In this document: in pieces, positions 29,923 to 40,492 of the stretch | Layout: every line of letters begins with the position of its first letter | How positions within the stretch are numbered: position 1 is the stretch's first letter | From: Candidatus Omnitrophota bacterium | GTDB lineage: Bacteria; Omnitrophota; Omnitrophia; Omnitrophales; Aquincolibacteriaceae | DNA length: 64,000 nucleotides | Reading direction: 5' to 3' | Assembly: GCA_043821445.1 (NCBI GenBank) | Contig: JBDRCT010000010.1 | Coordinates: 566-64,565, forward strand | Program-made: the position numbers and the translations under genes | The notes under the pieces: model-generated | Databases searched by the model: none | What the model saw: the letters and a program-made list of their open reading frames with translations, nothing else | Told to the model about the DNA's origin: nothing

Positions 29923-32541
29923 ATGAAAACAGCCACGAACGACCTGCGAAAAGCTTTCCTGGAATTTTTCAAATCCAAAGACCACACCGTGATGGCCAGC
30001 GACTCTCTGGTGCCCCAAAACGACCCCTCCTTGCTCTTCACGGGAGCAGGGATGAACCAGTTCAAGGAATACTTCCTGGGGGTCAAAAAGGACCTCAAAC
30101 GGGCCGCCACAAGCCAAAAATGCCTTAGGACGGGCGATCTTGACGAGGTGGGACGGACCCCCTTTCATCACTCATTCTTCGAAATGTTGGGTAATTTCTC
30201 GTTCGGCGATTATTTCAAGAAAGAGGCCATCGAATGGGCCTGGGAATTCCTGACTCAGACGCTTGCGATCCCCAAGGACCGGCTCCGCGTCACGGTCCAC
30301 GAGCAAGACAAAGAGGCCTACGAAATATGGCACAAGGTGATCGGCCTGCCCAAAGACTGGATCTTTCTTTGCGGTGACAAAACGAATTTCTGGCCTGCGA
30401 ACGCGCCCCAAAACGGCCCCAACGGTCCTTGCGGCCCATGCTCCGAGATCTACTTCGACCAGAACCCCAAGGTCCAGGGGACCCCGATCGACGATTCCGA
30501 AAAATTCGCGGAGATCTGGAACCTCGTCTTCACGCAATATGACCGCCGGGACGGCGGCAAACTCGTTCCGCTTGCCAATAAGAATATCGACACCGGGATG
30601 GGCCTTGAACGGCTTGCGTGCATCCTTCAGGGCAAGGCGTCCAATTTCGAGATCGATATTTTTCTGCCGATCCACGAAGCCATTCTCAAGGCTCTGGAAC
30701 TTGATCCTAAAACAGTGGGAACCCAACAACTTTATACGATCTCCGATCATTTGCGCGCCGTTGTTTTTTCCATCGCGGACGGCGTCGTACCGTCGAACGA
30801 AGGCCGCGGTTATGTGATCCGCAAACTGATCCGCCGTGCAATCTGGCAAGCGCACCCATGGATGCCGCGGAAAAAGATGACCCGGCCATTTCTCTTCAAG
30901 GCTGTTTCATCGGTCATCCAGGTCATGGGAGAGGCCTATCCCGAGCTCCTGGAAGCAGAAGAGAACATCCGCATGGTCCTTTCCCAGGAAGAAGAGCGTT
31001 TTCTGCGGACGCTGGAGGACGGGCTTCGTATTCTCAAAACACAACTTATAAATTATAAAGGAGCAGGACTGCAGACCGTCCCAGCGGAAACCGTTTTTGA
31101 ACTCTATGATACTTTCGGATTCCCGGAAGAATTGACACACGGCATCGCGGAGGCCGAAGGATTCGCGATCGATCACAAGGGGTTTGAAAAACTTATGGAA
31201 GACCAGCGCGCGCGCTCCAAGGAAGGCAGTAAGATCTCCGGCGACATTTTCGCTTCGTCGGGGCTGGACAAGATCCCGGATAACGTTCCAGCCACGATGT
31301 TCCTCGGTTATGAAGCTTTGGAATCCAAAGCCAAGATCCTCTGGCACCAGACCGAAGGGAAGCGGGCGACCGTCGTGCTCGACCAAACTCCTTTCTACGC
31401 GGAAAGCGGCGGCCAGGTCGGCGATCAGGGCGTGATCGAGGGCCAGGGACTGAAGCTTAAAGTCGTCGATACGAAAAAACTCGACAAATATTTTTTACAT
31501 CAGGCCGAGGTCCTTCAGGGCGCGGTCAAAGACGGCATGGCCGTGACGGCCGCTGTCGACAGTGCGATCCGCGAGGACATTATGCGGAACCATACCGCCA
31601 CACATCTTTTGCATGCCGCGCTCAGGACCGCGCTCGGAAGTTCCGTGCGCCAGCTAGGGTCGCTTGTGGCGTCCGACCGTTTACGCTTTGATTTTTCATT
31701 CGGCCGCGCCGTAACGCCCGAAGAACTCCGTAAGATCGAGAAGGCGGCAAATGTTCAGGTCCTGGCTGACCGTCCGGTCCAAAAAGAATCCAAAAGCCTG
31801 GAAGATGCCAAAAAGGAAGGCGCGTTGGCCTTCTTTGGGGACAAATACGAAGACAAGGTCCGGATGATCAGCATTCCGGAGTTCAGCAAAGAACTTTGCG
31901 GAGGCACTCATTGCGACCGCACGGGGCAGATCGGCCTGTTGCTCATCACCGGGGAATCTTCGGTGGCAAGCGGTGTCCGCCGTATTGAAGCCGTCACCGG
32001 CACACACGCCCTGAACTATGTGCGCGGATTACAGGATCAGATCTCCGGGATATCCAAAACACTGAAAGTCGGGACGGCGGACATTCCGGCCCGGATCGCG
32101 AAACTTATGGAAACCCTGAAGACCCAAAAAAAGCAAAGCGCTCAAGCTTCCACAAACCCCGCGGACATCCAAATGCTTCTGGGAAACGCCGCAAAGGCCG
32201 GTTCTTGCCGGATCCTTGTCGCAATGATCGAAGGCGCCGGGATCCCCGCGCTCCGGGACCTTTCCAACAAACTCCGTGAGGAGGAACACAAGCTTGTTTT
32301 TGTAGTGGCAGCCTCGCAGGAGGGGAAGCTCCATGTGATCCTCGGCCTGAGCGCCGACCTCCAGAAAACTCACTTGGACATGAAGGCCCTTTTTGGTAGG
32401 CTATCCGAACTGCTTGGCGTCAGCGGCGGCGGGCGGCCGGACCTGGTGCAGGCAGGCGGACCCGATCAAGGACAGTTCGCGGCCGCAAGACCCGAGGTCG
32501 AAGAGGCTGTCGCGGCTTATCTTAGGGAAAAAGGAATGTAA
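29923..32541 (+). CDS. alaS: Alanine--tRNA ligase
   Basis: DPSLLFT.AGMNQFK, FEMLGNFSFGDYFK, IDTGMGLER, TPFYAESGGQVGD, NHTATHLLH, ELCGGTH, GGGRPD. Confidence 0.98.
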   Translation: MKTATNDLRKAFLEFFKSKDHTVMASDSLVPQNDPSLLFTGAGMNQFKEYFLGVKKDLKRAATSQKCLRTGDLDEVGRTPFHHSFFEMLGNFSFGDYFKKEAIEWAWEFLTQTLAIPKDRLRVTVHEQDKEAYEIWHKVIGLPKDWIFLCGDKTNFWPANAPQNGPNGPCGPCSEIYFDQNPKVQGTPIDDSEKFAEIWNLVFTQYDRRDGGKLVPLANKNIDTGMGLERLACILQGKASNFEIDIFLPIHEAILKALELDPKTVGTQQLYTISDHLRAVVFSIADGVVPSNEGRGYVIRKLIRRAIWQAHPWMPRKKMTRPFLFKAVSSVIQVMGEAYPELLEAEENIRMVLSQEEERFLRTLEDGLRILKTQLINYKGAGLQTVPAETVFELYDTFGFPEELTHGIAEAEGFAIDHKGFEKLMEDQRARSKEGSKISGDIFASSGLDKIPDNVPATMFLGYEALESKAKILWHQTEGKRATVVLDQTPFYAESGGQVGDQGVIEGQGLKLKVVDTKKLDKYFLHQAEVLQGAVKDGMAVTAAVDSAIREDIMRNHTATHLLHAALRTALGSSVRQLGSLVASDRLRFDFSFGRAVTPEELRKIEKAANVQVLADRPVQKESKSLEDAKKEGALAFFGDKYEDKVRMISIPEFSKELCGGTHCDRTGQIGLLLITGESSVASGVRRIEAVTGTHALNYVRGLQDQISGISKTLKVGTADIPARIAKLMETLKTQKKQSAQASTNPADIQMLLGNAAKAGSCRILVAMIEGAGIPALRDLSNKLREEEHKLVFVVAASQEGKLHVILGLSADLQKTHLDMKALFGRLSELLGVSGGGRPDLVQAGGPDQGQFAAARPEVEEAVAAYLREKGM

Positions 32542-32544
32542 TTC

Positions 32545-33810
32545 ATGCAAGTGCTCAATTGGGACAAACAAACGCAGAAAAAGATCCGGCGTGACTATTC
32601 CACGTTCTTTGATACGGCCATCTTTAAAAAGGTAAATCGCATCCTCTCTGAAGTGCGTCAGTCCGGGGACACGGCGCTTCGCCGCTACACCCGCGAATTC
32701 GACGGGATCGACCTTCCGCTCAAACGGCTCGCCGTCACCCAGGGAGACATCAACCGCGCGTTCGAGAAGATCCAGGTCCCGTTCGTCCCGCTCCTCAAGC
32801 AGATCACGGAAAATGTCCGCGAATATTACGAAAAAGAACTGAAGAAGTCGTTTGAGATCACGGGACCCAACGGCGTGCACCTCGGTAAGCGGTACGAACC
32901 GCTGGACCGGGTGGGGATCTACATCCCCGCAGGGACCGCACCGCTTGTTTCGACCGTCTACATGACCGTCATCCCCGCGAAGGTCGCGGGCGTGAAACAG
33001 ATCGCCATTGTGACGCCGCCTCGCCGCGACACCGGCGATATTGATCCTCATATCCTGGCGGTCGCAAATCTTTTGGGCGTGAATGAAATTTATCGCGTGG
33101 GCGGCGTCCAGGCCATCGGCGGGCTCGCGTTCGGCACCAAGACCATTCCCAAAGTCGATAAGATCGTCGGCCCGGGCAATGCCTATGTTACCGAGGCCAA
33201 ACGCCAGGTTTACGGCTTTGTGGATATCGATATGGTCGCCGGTCCGAGCGAAGTGGCCATCATCGCGGACGCGGACGCAAATCCGGATTTTCTCACCTGC
33301 GATCTTCTCGCCCAGACCGAACATCACGGCGGCATGGGATACCTCATCACCAATTCCAAAAAACTGGTCGAAGTCATGCGCAAGCGCGTAGACACCGGCA
33401 TCATCATCCAGGTCAAAACCATAGCGGAAGCCTGCGAAGTCGCCAACGAGATCGCGGCCGAACACCTAGAGATCATGACCGAGGAACCCGAAAAAGTGGC
33501 TCAATCGGTCCGCCATGCGGGCGCGATCTTCCTCGGGCCCTATTCGCCGACCGTGATCGGGGATTATATCGCGGGACCGAGCCACGTGCTCCCGACGGGC
33601 GGCACCGCGCGTTATTTCTCGCCGCTCAGCGCATCGACTTTCATCAAGAGCTCCCAGGTCATTTGCTATACTCCCGAGGCGCTGGAGGCCGCAAAGACGC
33701 ATGTCCAGAAACTGACGGACATGGAAGGCCTCTTCCTGCACCGTATCTCCCTGGAGGCACGCCTTATCAAAAAGAATGCAGAACTGGAAAAGGAATCCTT
33801 GCCCCGTTAG
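32545..33810 (+). CDS. hisD: Histidinol dehydrogenase
   Basis: GGVQAI..LAFGT, KIVGPGNAYV, IDMVAGPSE, EHLEI, GDYIAGPSHVLPTGG. Confidence 0.95.
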   Translation: MQVLNWDKQTQKKIRRDYSTFFDTAIFKKVNRILSEVRQSGDTALRRYTREFDGIDLPLKRLAVTQGDINRAFEKIQVPFVPLLKQITENVREYYEKELKKSFEITGPNGVHLGKRYEPLDRVGIYIPAGTAPLVSTVYMTVIPAKVAGVKQIAIVTPPRRDTGDIDPHILAVANLLGVNEIYRVGGVQAIGGLAFGTKTIPKVDKIVGPGNAYVTEAKRQVYGFVDIDMVAGPSEVAIIADADANPDFLTCDLLAQTEHHGGMGYLITNSKKLVEVMRKRVDTGIIIQVKTIAEACEVANEIAAEHLEIMTEEPEKVAQSVRHAGAIFLGPYSPTVIGDYIAGPSHVLPTGGTARYFSPLSASTFIKSSQVICYTPEALEAAKTHVQKLTDMEGLFLHRISLEARLIKKNAELEKESLPR

Positions 33811-33901
33811 AGATTCATAGGACCGAACCAACGGGAAGAAATATCATTTTTGAAAGAATTATGACGGACCATTTTTAAAATACAGTTAATCTCTAACGGG
33901 G
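33802..33901. repeat. MITE-like element with 14-bp inverted repeats (CCCCGTTAGAG family), copy 2
   Basis: CCCCGTTAGAGATT (33802-33815) and AATCTCTAACGGGG (33888-33901); the left arm contains the hisD stop. Confidence 0.8.
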
Positions 33902-33907
33902 TAAATC

Positions 33908-34504
33908 ATGAAAGCTAGAAAGGCCGCGGTCAAACGCAAGACTTCCGAAACCGAAATTCAGATCGAGTTCACGGTGGATGGACAAGGATCGTCAAAGATC
34001 GATACCCGGATCCCGTTCCTCGACCACATGCTGACGCTCCTCGCTAAACACGGGCTCTTTGATCTCAAGCTCAAGGCGCGGGGAGACCTGGAAGTCGATA
34101 TCCATCACACCAATGAGGACATCGGGATCGTTCTCGGCCAGGCCCTGACGAAGGCTCTGGGGAACAAAAAGGGGATCTACCGCTACGGCTCTTTTGCCGT
34201 CCCGATGGACGAGGCGCTCGTTCGCGTCACGCTCGACATTTCCGGAAGACCTTCGTTTTATGTGACAAAAGCCAGGGGGGTGCATCTCTCCCGCCAGCCG
34301 AAGTACTCGTTCGATGACGCTGTCGATTTTCTGCGTTCCTTCTGCCAACACGCGGGCATCAACATGCACATCGGCGTCCTCGCAGGGGAAGACACGCATC
34401 ACATTATCGAAGGCATGTTCAAAGGGATCGCCAAGACCCTGGACATGGCGACCCGTCTCGATCCTCGCGTTCTTGGGATCCCCTCGACCAAGGGAAAGCT
34501 TTAA
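33908..34504 (+). CDS. hisB: Imidazoleglycerol-phosphate dehydratase
   Basis: R.T.ET.I, FLDHML, GDLEVDIHHT.ED, PMDEAL, HHIIE..FK, PSTKG.L. Confidence 0.97.
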   Translation: MKARKAAVKRKTSETEIQIEFTVDGQGSSKIDTRIPFLDHMLTLLAKHGLFDLKLKARGDLEVDIHHTNEDIGIVLGQALTKALGNKKGIYRYGSFAVPMDEALVRVTLDISGRPSFYVTKARGVHLSRQPKYSFDDAVDFLRSFCQHAGINMHIGVLAGEDTHHIIEGMFKGIAKTLDMATRLDPRVLGIPSTKGKL

Positions 34505-34506
34505 TG

Positions 34507-34580
34507 AACTATGAGTCTGGAGTTATGAGTCCGGGGCCAAGGCCAGTTATCTCATGACTCCGAACTGCGCACTCCGGACT
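34507..34580. repeat. Heptamer tandem repeats forming an inverted pair
   Basis: AACTATG AGTCTGG AGTTATG AGTCCGG ... CATGACT CCGAACT GCGCACT CCGGACT between hisB and hisH. Confidence 0.7.
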
Positions 34581-34588
34581 AGCGCATC

Positions 34589-35194
34589 ATGATCGCCATT
34601 ATTGACTACGGCATGGGCAATCTCCGCAGCGTGTCCAAGGCCCTGGAGTATCTCGGCGCGTCCTGCAAACTTTGTTCCAGGGGAAAAGATCTTGCCCGCG
34701 CCACCAGGGTGATCCTTCCAGGGGTCGGCGCCTTCGGAGACGCGATGAAAGAACTTCATTCCCGCGGTTTCATCGGACCGATCCATGAACTTGTCGCCCG
34801 CAAGACAAAACTCATGGGTGTCTGTCTCGGTTTGCAGCTTTTTTTTGAAAAAAGCGAGGAGAACCCCGGTGTTAAAGGCCTCGGGGTGTTCAAAGGCTCG
34901 GTCCGGAAATTCCGTTCTACAAACGTCAAGGTCCCGCATATGGGCTGGAATGATCTCAAGGTCCTTAAAAAGCACCCGTTGCTCGAGGGGATTCCGAGCG
35001 GGGAGTATTTTTATTTTGTGCATTCGTTCTGCGGCAAGCCCGCGACCCGAAGCCTGACGCTCGCTTCTTGCACATATGGCCGGGAGGATTTTTCCGCCGT
35101 GATCGGCAATGACCACGTCTTTGCGACCCAGTTCCACCCTGAGAAGAGCCAGGAAGCGGGTCTGCGCATTCTCAAAAATTTTATCCGGTGGTGA
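34589..35194 (+). CDS. hisH: Imidazole glycerol phosphate synthase, glutaminase subunit
   Basis: IIDYGMGNLRSV, LPGVGAF, GVCLGLQ, VPHMGWN, YFVHSF, QFHPEKS. Confidence 0.97.
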   Translation: MIAIIDYGMGNLRSVSKALEYLGASCKLCSRGKDLARATRVILPGVGAFGDAMKELHSRGFIGPIHELVARKTKLMGVCLGLQLFFEKSEENPGVKGLGVFKGSVRKFRSTNVKVPHMGWNDLKVLKKHPLLEGIPSGEYFYFVHSFCGKPATRSLTLASCTYGREDFSAVIGNDHVFATQFHPEKSQEAGLRILKNFIRW

Positions 35195-35198
35195 TGCC

Positions 35199-35918
35199 AT
35201 GAACCTCTATCCCGCGATCGATATTTATCAGGGCAAAGTCGTCCGTCTCACGCGAGGCGATTACAATGCCTGCACCGTTTATTCCGACGACCCCCCAGCG
35301 ACGGCCAAGACCTGGGAACAGGAGGGCGCCCGCTGGCTCCATGTCGTGGACCTCGAAGGCGCCAAAACAGGCGCGCTCACGTGCGAAACAGCGCTTGCCA
35401 CCATTTGCCGGAGCGTCAAGGCCAAGATCCAGTTCGGCGGCGGGCTGCGCAATCTCCAGGACATCGAAAAGATCCTCGCGCTGGGCGTCTCGCGCGTCGT
35501 GCTCGGCACCAAGGCGCTGGACAAGATCTTTCTGCAGGAAATGATCGCCAGATTCAAAGAAAAGATCGCCGTGGGACTGGACATTTACCTCGACCGGATC
35601 ATGACGGCCGGATGGCTGCGCAACGGGAATATCACGCTCCCGGAAGCCTTGAAGGTTTTCGATCAACTCGGCGTTGCGACCCTGATCTACACCGACATCG
35701 AAAAAGACGGCGTCCTGCAGGGCCCGAACTGGGAAAAACTTTCCATGGTGCTTACCCACACGAAATCGCAGGTCATTCTGTCGGGCGGGATCAGCCAGAT
35801 CTCCGATATCAAGAAGTGCCGCGCGATCAAGGCGCAGAATTTTGAGGGTGTGATCATCGGCAAAGCGCTTTACGACAAACGGTTCCAACTGTCCGAGGCC
35901 GTACGGCTCGCGGCATAA
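35199..35918 (+). CDS. hisA: ProFAR isomerase
   Basis: YPAIDI..GKVVRL..G, LHVVDLEGA, QFGGGLR, YTDI.KDG.L.GPN, SGGI, IIGKALY. Confidence 0.96.
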   Translation: MNLYPAIDIYQGKVVRLTRGDYNACTVYSDDPPATAKTWEQEGARWLHVVDLEGAKTGALTCETALATICRSVKAKIQFGGGLRNLQDIEKILALGVSRVVLGTKALDKIFLQEMIARFKEKIAVGLDIYLDRIMTAGWLRNGNITLPEALKVFDQLGVATLIYTDIEKDGVLQGPNWEKLSMVLTHTKSQVILSGGISQISDIKKCRAIKAQNFEGVIIGKALYDKRFQLSEAVRLAA

Positions 35919-35936
35919 AAGGGAGCAAGCAATCCT

Positions 35937-36341
35937 ATGGGAAACCTCACGAACCTTTGGAATACGGTCCTCACCCAGCGAACCTGGTCCTGGGCCCTGG
36001 TCGGCATCGGGTATCTCCTCGTTTTTCTTTTAGTGAGAAGTTTTTTTCTTCACGTCCTTATCCGGCGTGCTCGGGCCCTCAACTCCAAGTGGTATCATGA
36101 GATCAAAAAGGTCTACATGAAAAAATGCATTCCCGGATGGATCCTTTTTCTCGTCTCATTTCTGATCCTGATCTTTTTCTGGCAGACCGCGAACTTCAAG
36201 CAGGCCTCGCTCTACGAGGTCGGCATGGTTTTCCTGATCATTCTGACCGTTCTCTTTGCCATCATGTCCCATCTGATCGCATTCGGCGTTTCCACGCTCC
36301 ACGTCCTTAAGCAGATCGAAAACAACCAAATGACCCTCTGA
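35937..36341 (+). CDS. Hypothetical membrane protein (about 3 TM helices)
   Basis: 134-aa ORF with GGGAG RBS that fills the hisA-hisF gap; three hydrophobic segments; family not recognised. Confidence 0.75.
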   Translation: MGNLTNLWNTVLTQRTWSWALVGIGYLLVFLLVRSFFLHVLIRRARALNSKWYHEIKKVYMKKCIPGWILFLVSFLILIFFWQTANFKQASLYEVGMVFLIILTVLFAIMSHLIAFGVSTLHVLKQIENNQMTL

Positions 36342-36345
36342 TCCC

Positions 36346-37104
36346 ATGTTCGCCAGGCGTATTATTCCATGTCTTGATATTGACCGCGGCAGGGTCGTCA
36401 AAGGCGTCAAGTTCGTGTCCTTAAAAGACGCCGGCGATCCCGTGTCGTGCGCGCAGGCCTATGACAAGCAGAAAGCCGATGAGCTGGTTTTCCTCGATAT
36501 CACGGCCTCGCACGAAAAGCGGCGCACCATGATCCAAGTGGCCGAAAAAGTGGCCGCCTCGATCTTTATCCCGTTCACGGTGGGTGGCGGCATTAACAAC
36601 GTCCGGGATATCCGCGAGCTCCTCGCCACGGGCTGTGATAAGGTGTCCATCAATACAAGCGCGATCAAGGATCCGAAGTTCATCCTGGAAGCCAGCCGGC
36701 GGTTCGGCAGCCAGTGCATCGTGGTCGCGATCGATGCGAAACGCGAAGCCAAGGACCGTTGGGGCGTCTACACGCACGGCGGAAGAAACCCCGCGGGCCT
36801 CGATGCTATCCAATGGGCAAAAAAAGCCGCGAAGCTCGGAGCGGGGGAGATCCTCCTCACCAGCATGGACTGCGACGGCACGAAGGACGGCTACGATCTT
36901 GAGCTCACGCGCCGTGTCTCCGAATCGGTCCCCATTCCGGTCATCGCTTCGGGCGGGGCCGGGAATTTGAACCACCTTTATGAAGCCTTCAGCACCGGCA
37001 AAGCCGATGCCTGCCTCGCGGCCTCCATCTTCCACTTCGGTGAGTTCACCATTCCCGAGACCAAAGCATTTCTCCGGGCCAAGGGCATTCCCGTCCGCTT
37101 GTGA
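36346..37104 (+). CDS. hisF: Imidazole glycerol phosphate synthase, cyclase subunit
   Basis: [58 protein letters not shown]. Confidence 0.98.
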   Translation: MFARRIIPCLDIDRGRVVKGVKFVSLKDAGDPVSCAQAYDKQKADELVFLDITASHEKRRTMIQVAEKVAASIFIPFTVGGGINNVRDIRELLATGCDKVSINTSAIKDPKFILEASRRFGSQCIVVAIDAKREAKDRWGVYTHGGRNPAGLDAIQWAKKAAKLGAGEILLTSMDCDGTKDGYDLELTRRVSESVPIPVIASGGAGNLNHLYEAFSTGKADACLAASIFHFGEFTIPETKAFLRAKGIPVRL

Positions 37105-37916
37105 TCCCGTTCATCCCGAAGAAAATATCCTTTGTCCTTGCCGTTTTTTTTCTCGGCGGGTGTGCTTCTCTGACCCGGGCGCCCGAAGAAAAACTGAATG
37201 TCGAGAAACTGACCCCGGAGCACATCGTGAAGGTCCAAACACTTGTCGCGAAACTCGAGCCGTTCATCATGGAGAAGGACCGGAAGGGGGGACTCCCTTC
37301 GCTCACTTTCAAAAAACTGGAATCACCTTTGAATTCCGGGGAAAAACGGTTCCTGCGTTTATTCCGGGACCTTAAGCCCGGGGAGGCCGGCGTCAAGATC
37401 CCGTTCCGCGGATTTTCGCAAGGAGAAAAAGATCTGGTACGGATGGACGGACAGAAGATCCGGGTGAAGGGAGAAGAAAACGATATCCCTCCGCAATTCC
37501 TGAGCCGCCCGGTCTACAACGCTTTGCAGTTCATGATGAGCGACATGGAAAGCGAAACCGGAAAGCGGCTTTACGTCGAATCCGGGTACCGCTCAAGCGC
37601 TCATCAGCTTTATCTTTTTGTCTATTATCTTGCCAATCACGACTATTCCGCCCGCGAGACGGCGAAATGGGTCACGTTGCCCGGCTACAGCGAGCACGGG
37701 GACCCCCAACATTTGGCGGTCGATTTCATCAACTCCGAGGGCATTAATGGTGAAAAAAATGCCGCCGAATTTGAGGCCCTGCCGGAATATCAATGGCTCC
37801 TCAAGAATGCCGGCCGCTTCGGATTCGTTCTGTCCTATCCCAAGAATGCCGGGGTGGGGATCACCTACGAGCCCTGGCACTGGCGCTACGACGGCGATTC
37901 GCAGCTTCCAAAGTAA
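37101..37916 (+). CDS. M15B (VanY-like) D,D/L,D-carboxypeptidase, probable lipoprotein
   Basis: Lipobox LGGC; SGYRS...Q, PGYSEH......[17 protein letters not shown]. Confidence 0.88.
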   Translation: MIPFIPKKISFVLAVFFLGGCASLTRAPEEKLNVEKLTPEHIVKVQTLVAKLEPFIMEKDRKGGLPSLTFKKLESPLNSGEKRFLRLFRDLKPGEAGVKIPFRGFSQGEKDLVRMDGQKIRVKGEENDIPPQFLSRPVYNALQFMMSDMESETGKRLYVESGYRSSAHQLYLFVYYLANHDYSARETAKWVTLPGYSEHGDPQHLAVDFINSEGINGEKNAAEFEALPEYQWLLKNAGRFGFVLSYPKNAGVGITYEPWHWRYDGDSQLPK

Positions 37917-37958
37917 AACAAACTCCAATGCGTGGATGTGGCCGCAAAGTGTATCCCC

Positions 37959-37986
37959 TTGACACATCATTCATTTGTGGCATACT
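37959..37986 (+). promoter_or_regulatory. sigma70-type promoter upstream of hisI-trp
   Basis: TTGACA-N16-CATACT with extended -10 TG, 70 bp upstream of hisI. Confidence 0.55.
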
Positions 37987-38055
37987 CGACGGCGTTTCAG
38001 TAAAGCTGCCTGTTTTTTTGCCGTAACTCTAGTGTTCAAGGGAGAATACATAACA

Positions 38056-38436
38056 ATGGAAGATCTCAAATTTAACGATCAGGGACTTTTGCCGGTCATT
38101 ATCCAGGACGCCCAATCGGGTGAAGTGCTCATGCTGGCTTACATGGACAAAGTCGCCGTGGAGCGCACCCTCAAAGAGAAACACACGGTTTTTTATTCCC
38201 GGTCCCGCAATAAATACTGGGTGAAAGGCGAGGAGTCCGGCCACACTCAAAGCGTCGTGCAGGTGCTCACGGACTGCGACCAAGACACGCTCCTGGTCCG
38301 TGTGACCCAAAATAAGGGCGGGGCGTGCCACCTCGGTTACCGGACCTGTTTTGTCCACGAGATGAACGAGCAGGGTGACGTCGTAAGGATCACGCAAGAA
38401 AAGGTCTTTGACCCGGAAAAAATTTACAAAAAATGA
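38056..38436 (+). CDS. hisI: Phosphoribosyl-AMP cyclohydrolase
   Basis: GLLPVIIQD, VLMLAYM, YSRSR..YW.KGEESGH.Q, DCD.D.LL, ACH.G..TCF; no HisE domain. Confidence 0.95.
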   Translation: MEDLKFNDQGLLPVIIQDAQSGEVLMLAYMDKVAVERTLKEKHTVFYSRSRNKYWVKGEESGHTQSVVQVLTDCDQDTLLVRVTQNKGGACHLGYRTCFVHEMNEQGDVVRITQEKVFDPEKIYKK

Positions 38437-39905
38437 TCGCCCCCGACATTATCACCTTCAAAAAACTGTCCCGGAAAGGAAACGTGGTCGCTCTGTCCGA
38501 GACGTTTCCCGCCGATCTGGAGACCCCGGTCTCCAGTTTCCTGAAGATCAGCCGGAACGCGCGCCACGCATTTCTTCTGGAGTCCGCGGAGCAGGAAGAG
38601 AAGATCGGACGTTTTTCTTTCCTGGGGATCGAACCCGCCGCCGTATACGAGTCCTCCGGAAAAAATGTCACGGTCACGACAAAAGGAACGAAGCGGGTCC
38701 TGGAAGGTTCCCGGCTTTTGGATGTGATCGAGGCGGAACTTGCCACGCTCCAATTGGCCAACCCGGAGGCCTTCCCGGGGTTCCGGGGCGGCTTCGTGGG
38801 TTATCTTTCCTATGAGAATGTCCGCGATTTCGAGACCATCCGGCTTTCCAAGAAAAAAGGGCCGGGGTTCCCGCTCGGCATTTTTTTCCGCGTCGAGGAT
38901 TTTCTCGTATTCGACCATTTCCGTAAAACGCTTTCGATCGTCATTCTCGTGGACCTGAAGAAATTCAGGACCCCGGAAACCGCTTACATGAACGCCCTCC
39001 GGCAGATGGCGAAATACAAAAGTCTTCTTCAGAAACCGCTGCGGGTGCCCGTGATGACAAGGACCGCGTCCCTGCCCGAGGTCCGGTCGAACATGTCGCG
39101 CAAGGACTACGAATCCAAGGTCCGGCGCATCAAGGAATACATCCGCGCCGGAGATTGCATCCAGGTCGTCTTGTCACAACGTTTTCAACTCGCGCACCAC
39201 GGCCACGATTTTCAGATCTACCGCTCCCTGCGTTCGATCAACCCCTCGCCTTATATGTTCTATTTCCGGAGCGGCGCGTTCCGGCTGATCGGTTCCTCGC
39301 CCGAGATGCTCGTCAAAAAAACAAAACGCCAGGCGGAGGTGCGTCCCATTGCCGGCACGCGCCCGCGCGGACTGACGGAGTCCCAGGACATGCAATATGA
39401 AAAACAGCTCCGCTCTTCGGTGAAGGAAATGGCGGAGCACCTGATGCTCGTCGATCTCGGCCGCAACGACCTCGGCCGCGTCTCGGACTTCCGGTCGGTC
39501 AAGGTCGAGCGTTTCGCTTTCGTCGAGCGTTATTCCCACGTCATGCATTTGGTCAGCCGGGTCCACAGCCGGCTCAAGGCGGGGAAGTCGGCCATGGACC
39601 TCTTGCGCGCGACCTTTCCGGCCGGCACCCTTTCCGGAGCACCCAAGGTGCGGGCCATGCAGATCATCGACGAGCTCGAGCCCGAGGCGCGCGGTCCCTA
39701 CGGCGGCTGTCTCGGCTATTTTGGCTTTGACGGGGACATGGACATGTGCATCACGATCCGGACGCTCATGCTTCACAAGAACAAGATCTTCCTCCAGGCC
39801 GGCGCCGGGATCGTCAAAGATTCGGACCCGGGGCGGGAATACGAGGAAACGGTCAATAAATCCAGAGCGCTTTTGAAAGCCATCGAGGAGAGATTTCTTT
39901 TTTAA
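38433..39905 (+). CDS. trpE: Anthranilate synthase component I
   Basis: [64 protein letters not shown]. Confidence 0.95.
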   Translation: MIAPDIITFKKLSRKGNVVALSETFPADLETPVSSFLKISRNARHAFLLESAEQEEKIGRFSFLGIEPAAVYESSGKNVTVTTKGTKRVLEGSRLLDVIEAELATLQLANPEAFPGFRGGFVGYLSYENVRDFETIRLSKKKGPGFPLGIFFRVEDFLVFDHFRKTLSIVILVDLKKFRTPETAYMNALRQMAKYKSLLQKPLRVPVMTRTASLPEVRSNMSRKDYESKVRRIKEYIRAGDCIQVVLSQRFQLAHHGHDFQIYRSLRSINPSPYMFYFRSGAFRLIGSSPEMLVKKTKRQAEVRPIAGTRPRGLTESQDMQYEKQLRSSVKEMAEHLMLVDLGRNDLGRVSDFRSVKVERFAFVERYSHVMHLVSRVHSRLKAGKSAMDLLRATFPAGTLSGAPKVRAMQIIDELEPEARGPYGGCLGYFGFDGDMDMCITIRTLMLHKNKIFLQAGAGIVKDSDPGREYEETVNKSRALLKAIEERFLF

Positions 39906-39922
39906 TACGGAGAACGGTACTG

Positions 39923-40492
39923 ATGCTTCTGGTCATCGATAACTACGATTCCTTCACCTACAATCTGGTGCAATACCTCGGGGAACTCGGCGCGGACCCG
40001 CGCGTCTGGCGTAACGACGAGATCACGATCGCGAAGATCAAGCGCCTGCATCCCAAACGCATCGTCATCTCCCCGGGACCCAAGACCCCCAAAGAAGCGG
40101 GGATCTCCTGTGAAGTGATCCGGACCTTCAGCGGCAAGGTCCCGATCCTCGGCGTCTGCCTGGGCCACCAGTCGATCGGCCACGTGTTCGGCGGCAAGGT
40201 CATCCGTGCGCCCAACATCATGCACGGCAAGACTTCCAAGATCTATCACGACAAGGACCCTTTGTTCAAAGGCATCCCGGACCCGTTCGTCGCGACCCGT
40301 TATCATTCGCTTCTTGTCGAAAAAAAGTCCCTGCCGGACACGCTCAAGATCACGGCCTGGACCCGGGAGCAGGAGATCATGGGGCTCAAGCACAGGACCC
40401 ACCCGACGTGGGGCGTTCAATTCCATCCGGAATCCATCATGACCGCCTCCGGCATGCAGATCCTGAAAAATTTTTTAGGGCTTTCCAAGTGA
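39923..40492 (+). CDS. trpG: Anthranilate synthase component II (glutamine amidotransferase)
   Basis: [40 protein letters not shown]. Confidence 0.95.
   Translation: MLLVIDNYDSFTYNLVQYLGELGADPRVWRNDEITIAKIKRLHPKRIVISPGPKTPKEAGISCEVIRTFSGKVPILGVCLGHQSIGHVFGGKVIRAPNIMHGKTSKIYHDKDPLFKGIPDPFVATRYHSLLVEKKSLPDTLKITAWTREQEIMGLKHRTHPTWGVQFHPESIMTASGMQILKNFLGLSK

Noticed and set aside
37917-38055. His/Trp attenuator or T-box before hisI-trpE
   Set aside because: No leader with His or Trp codon runs, no T-box motif and no convincing terminator.
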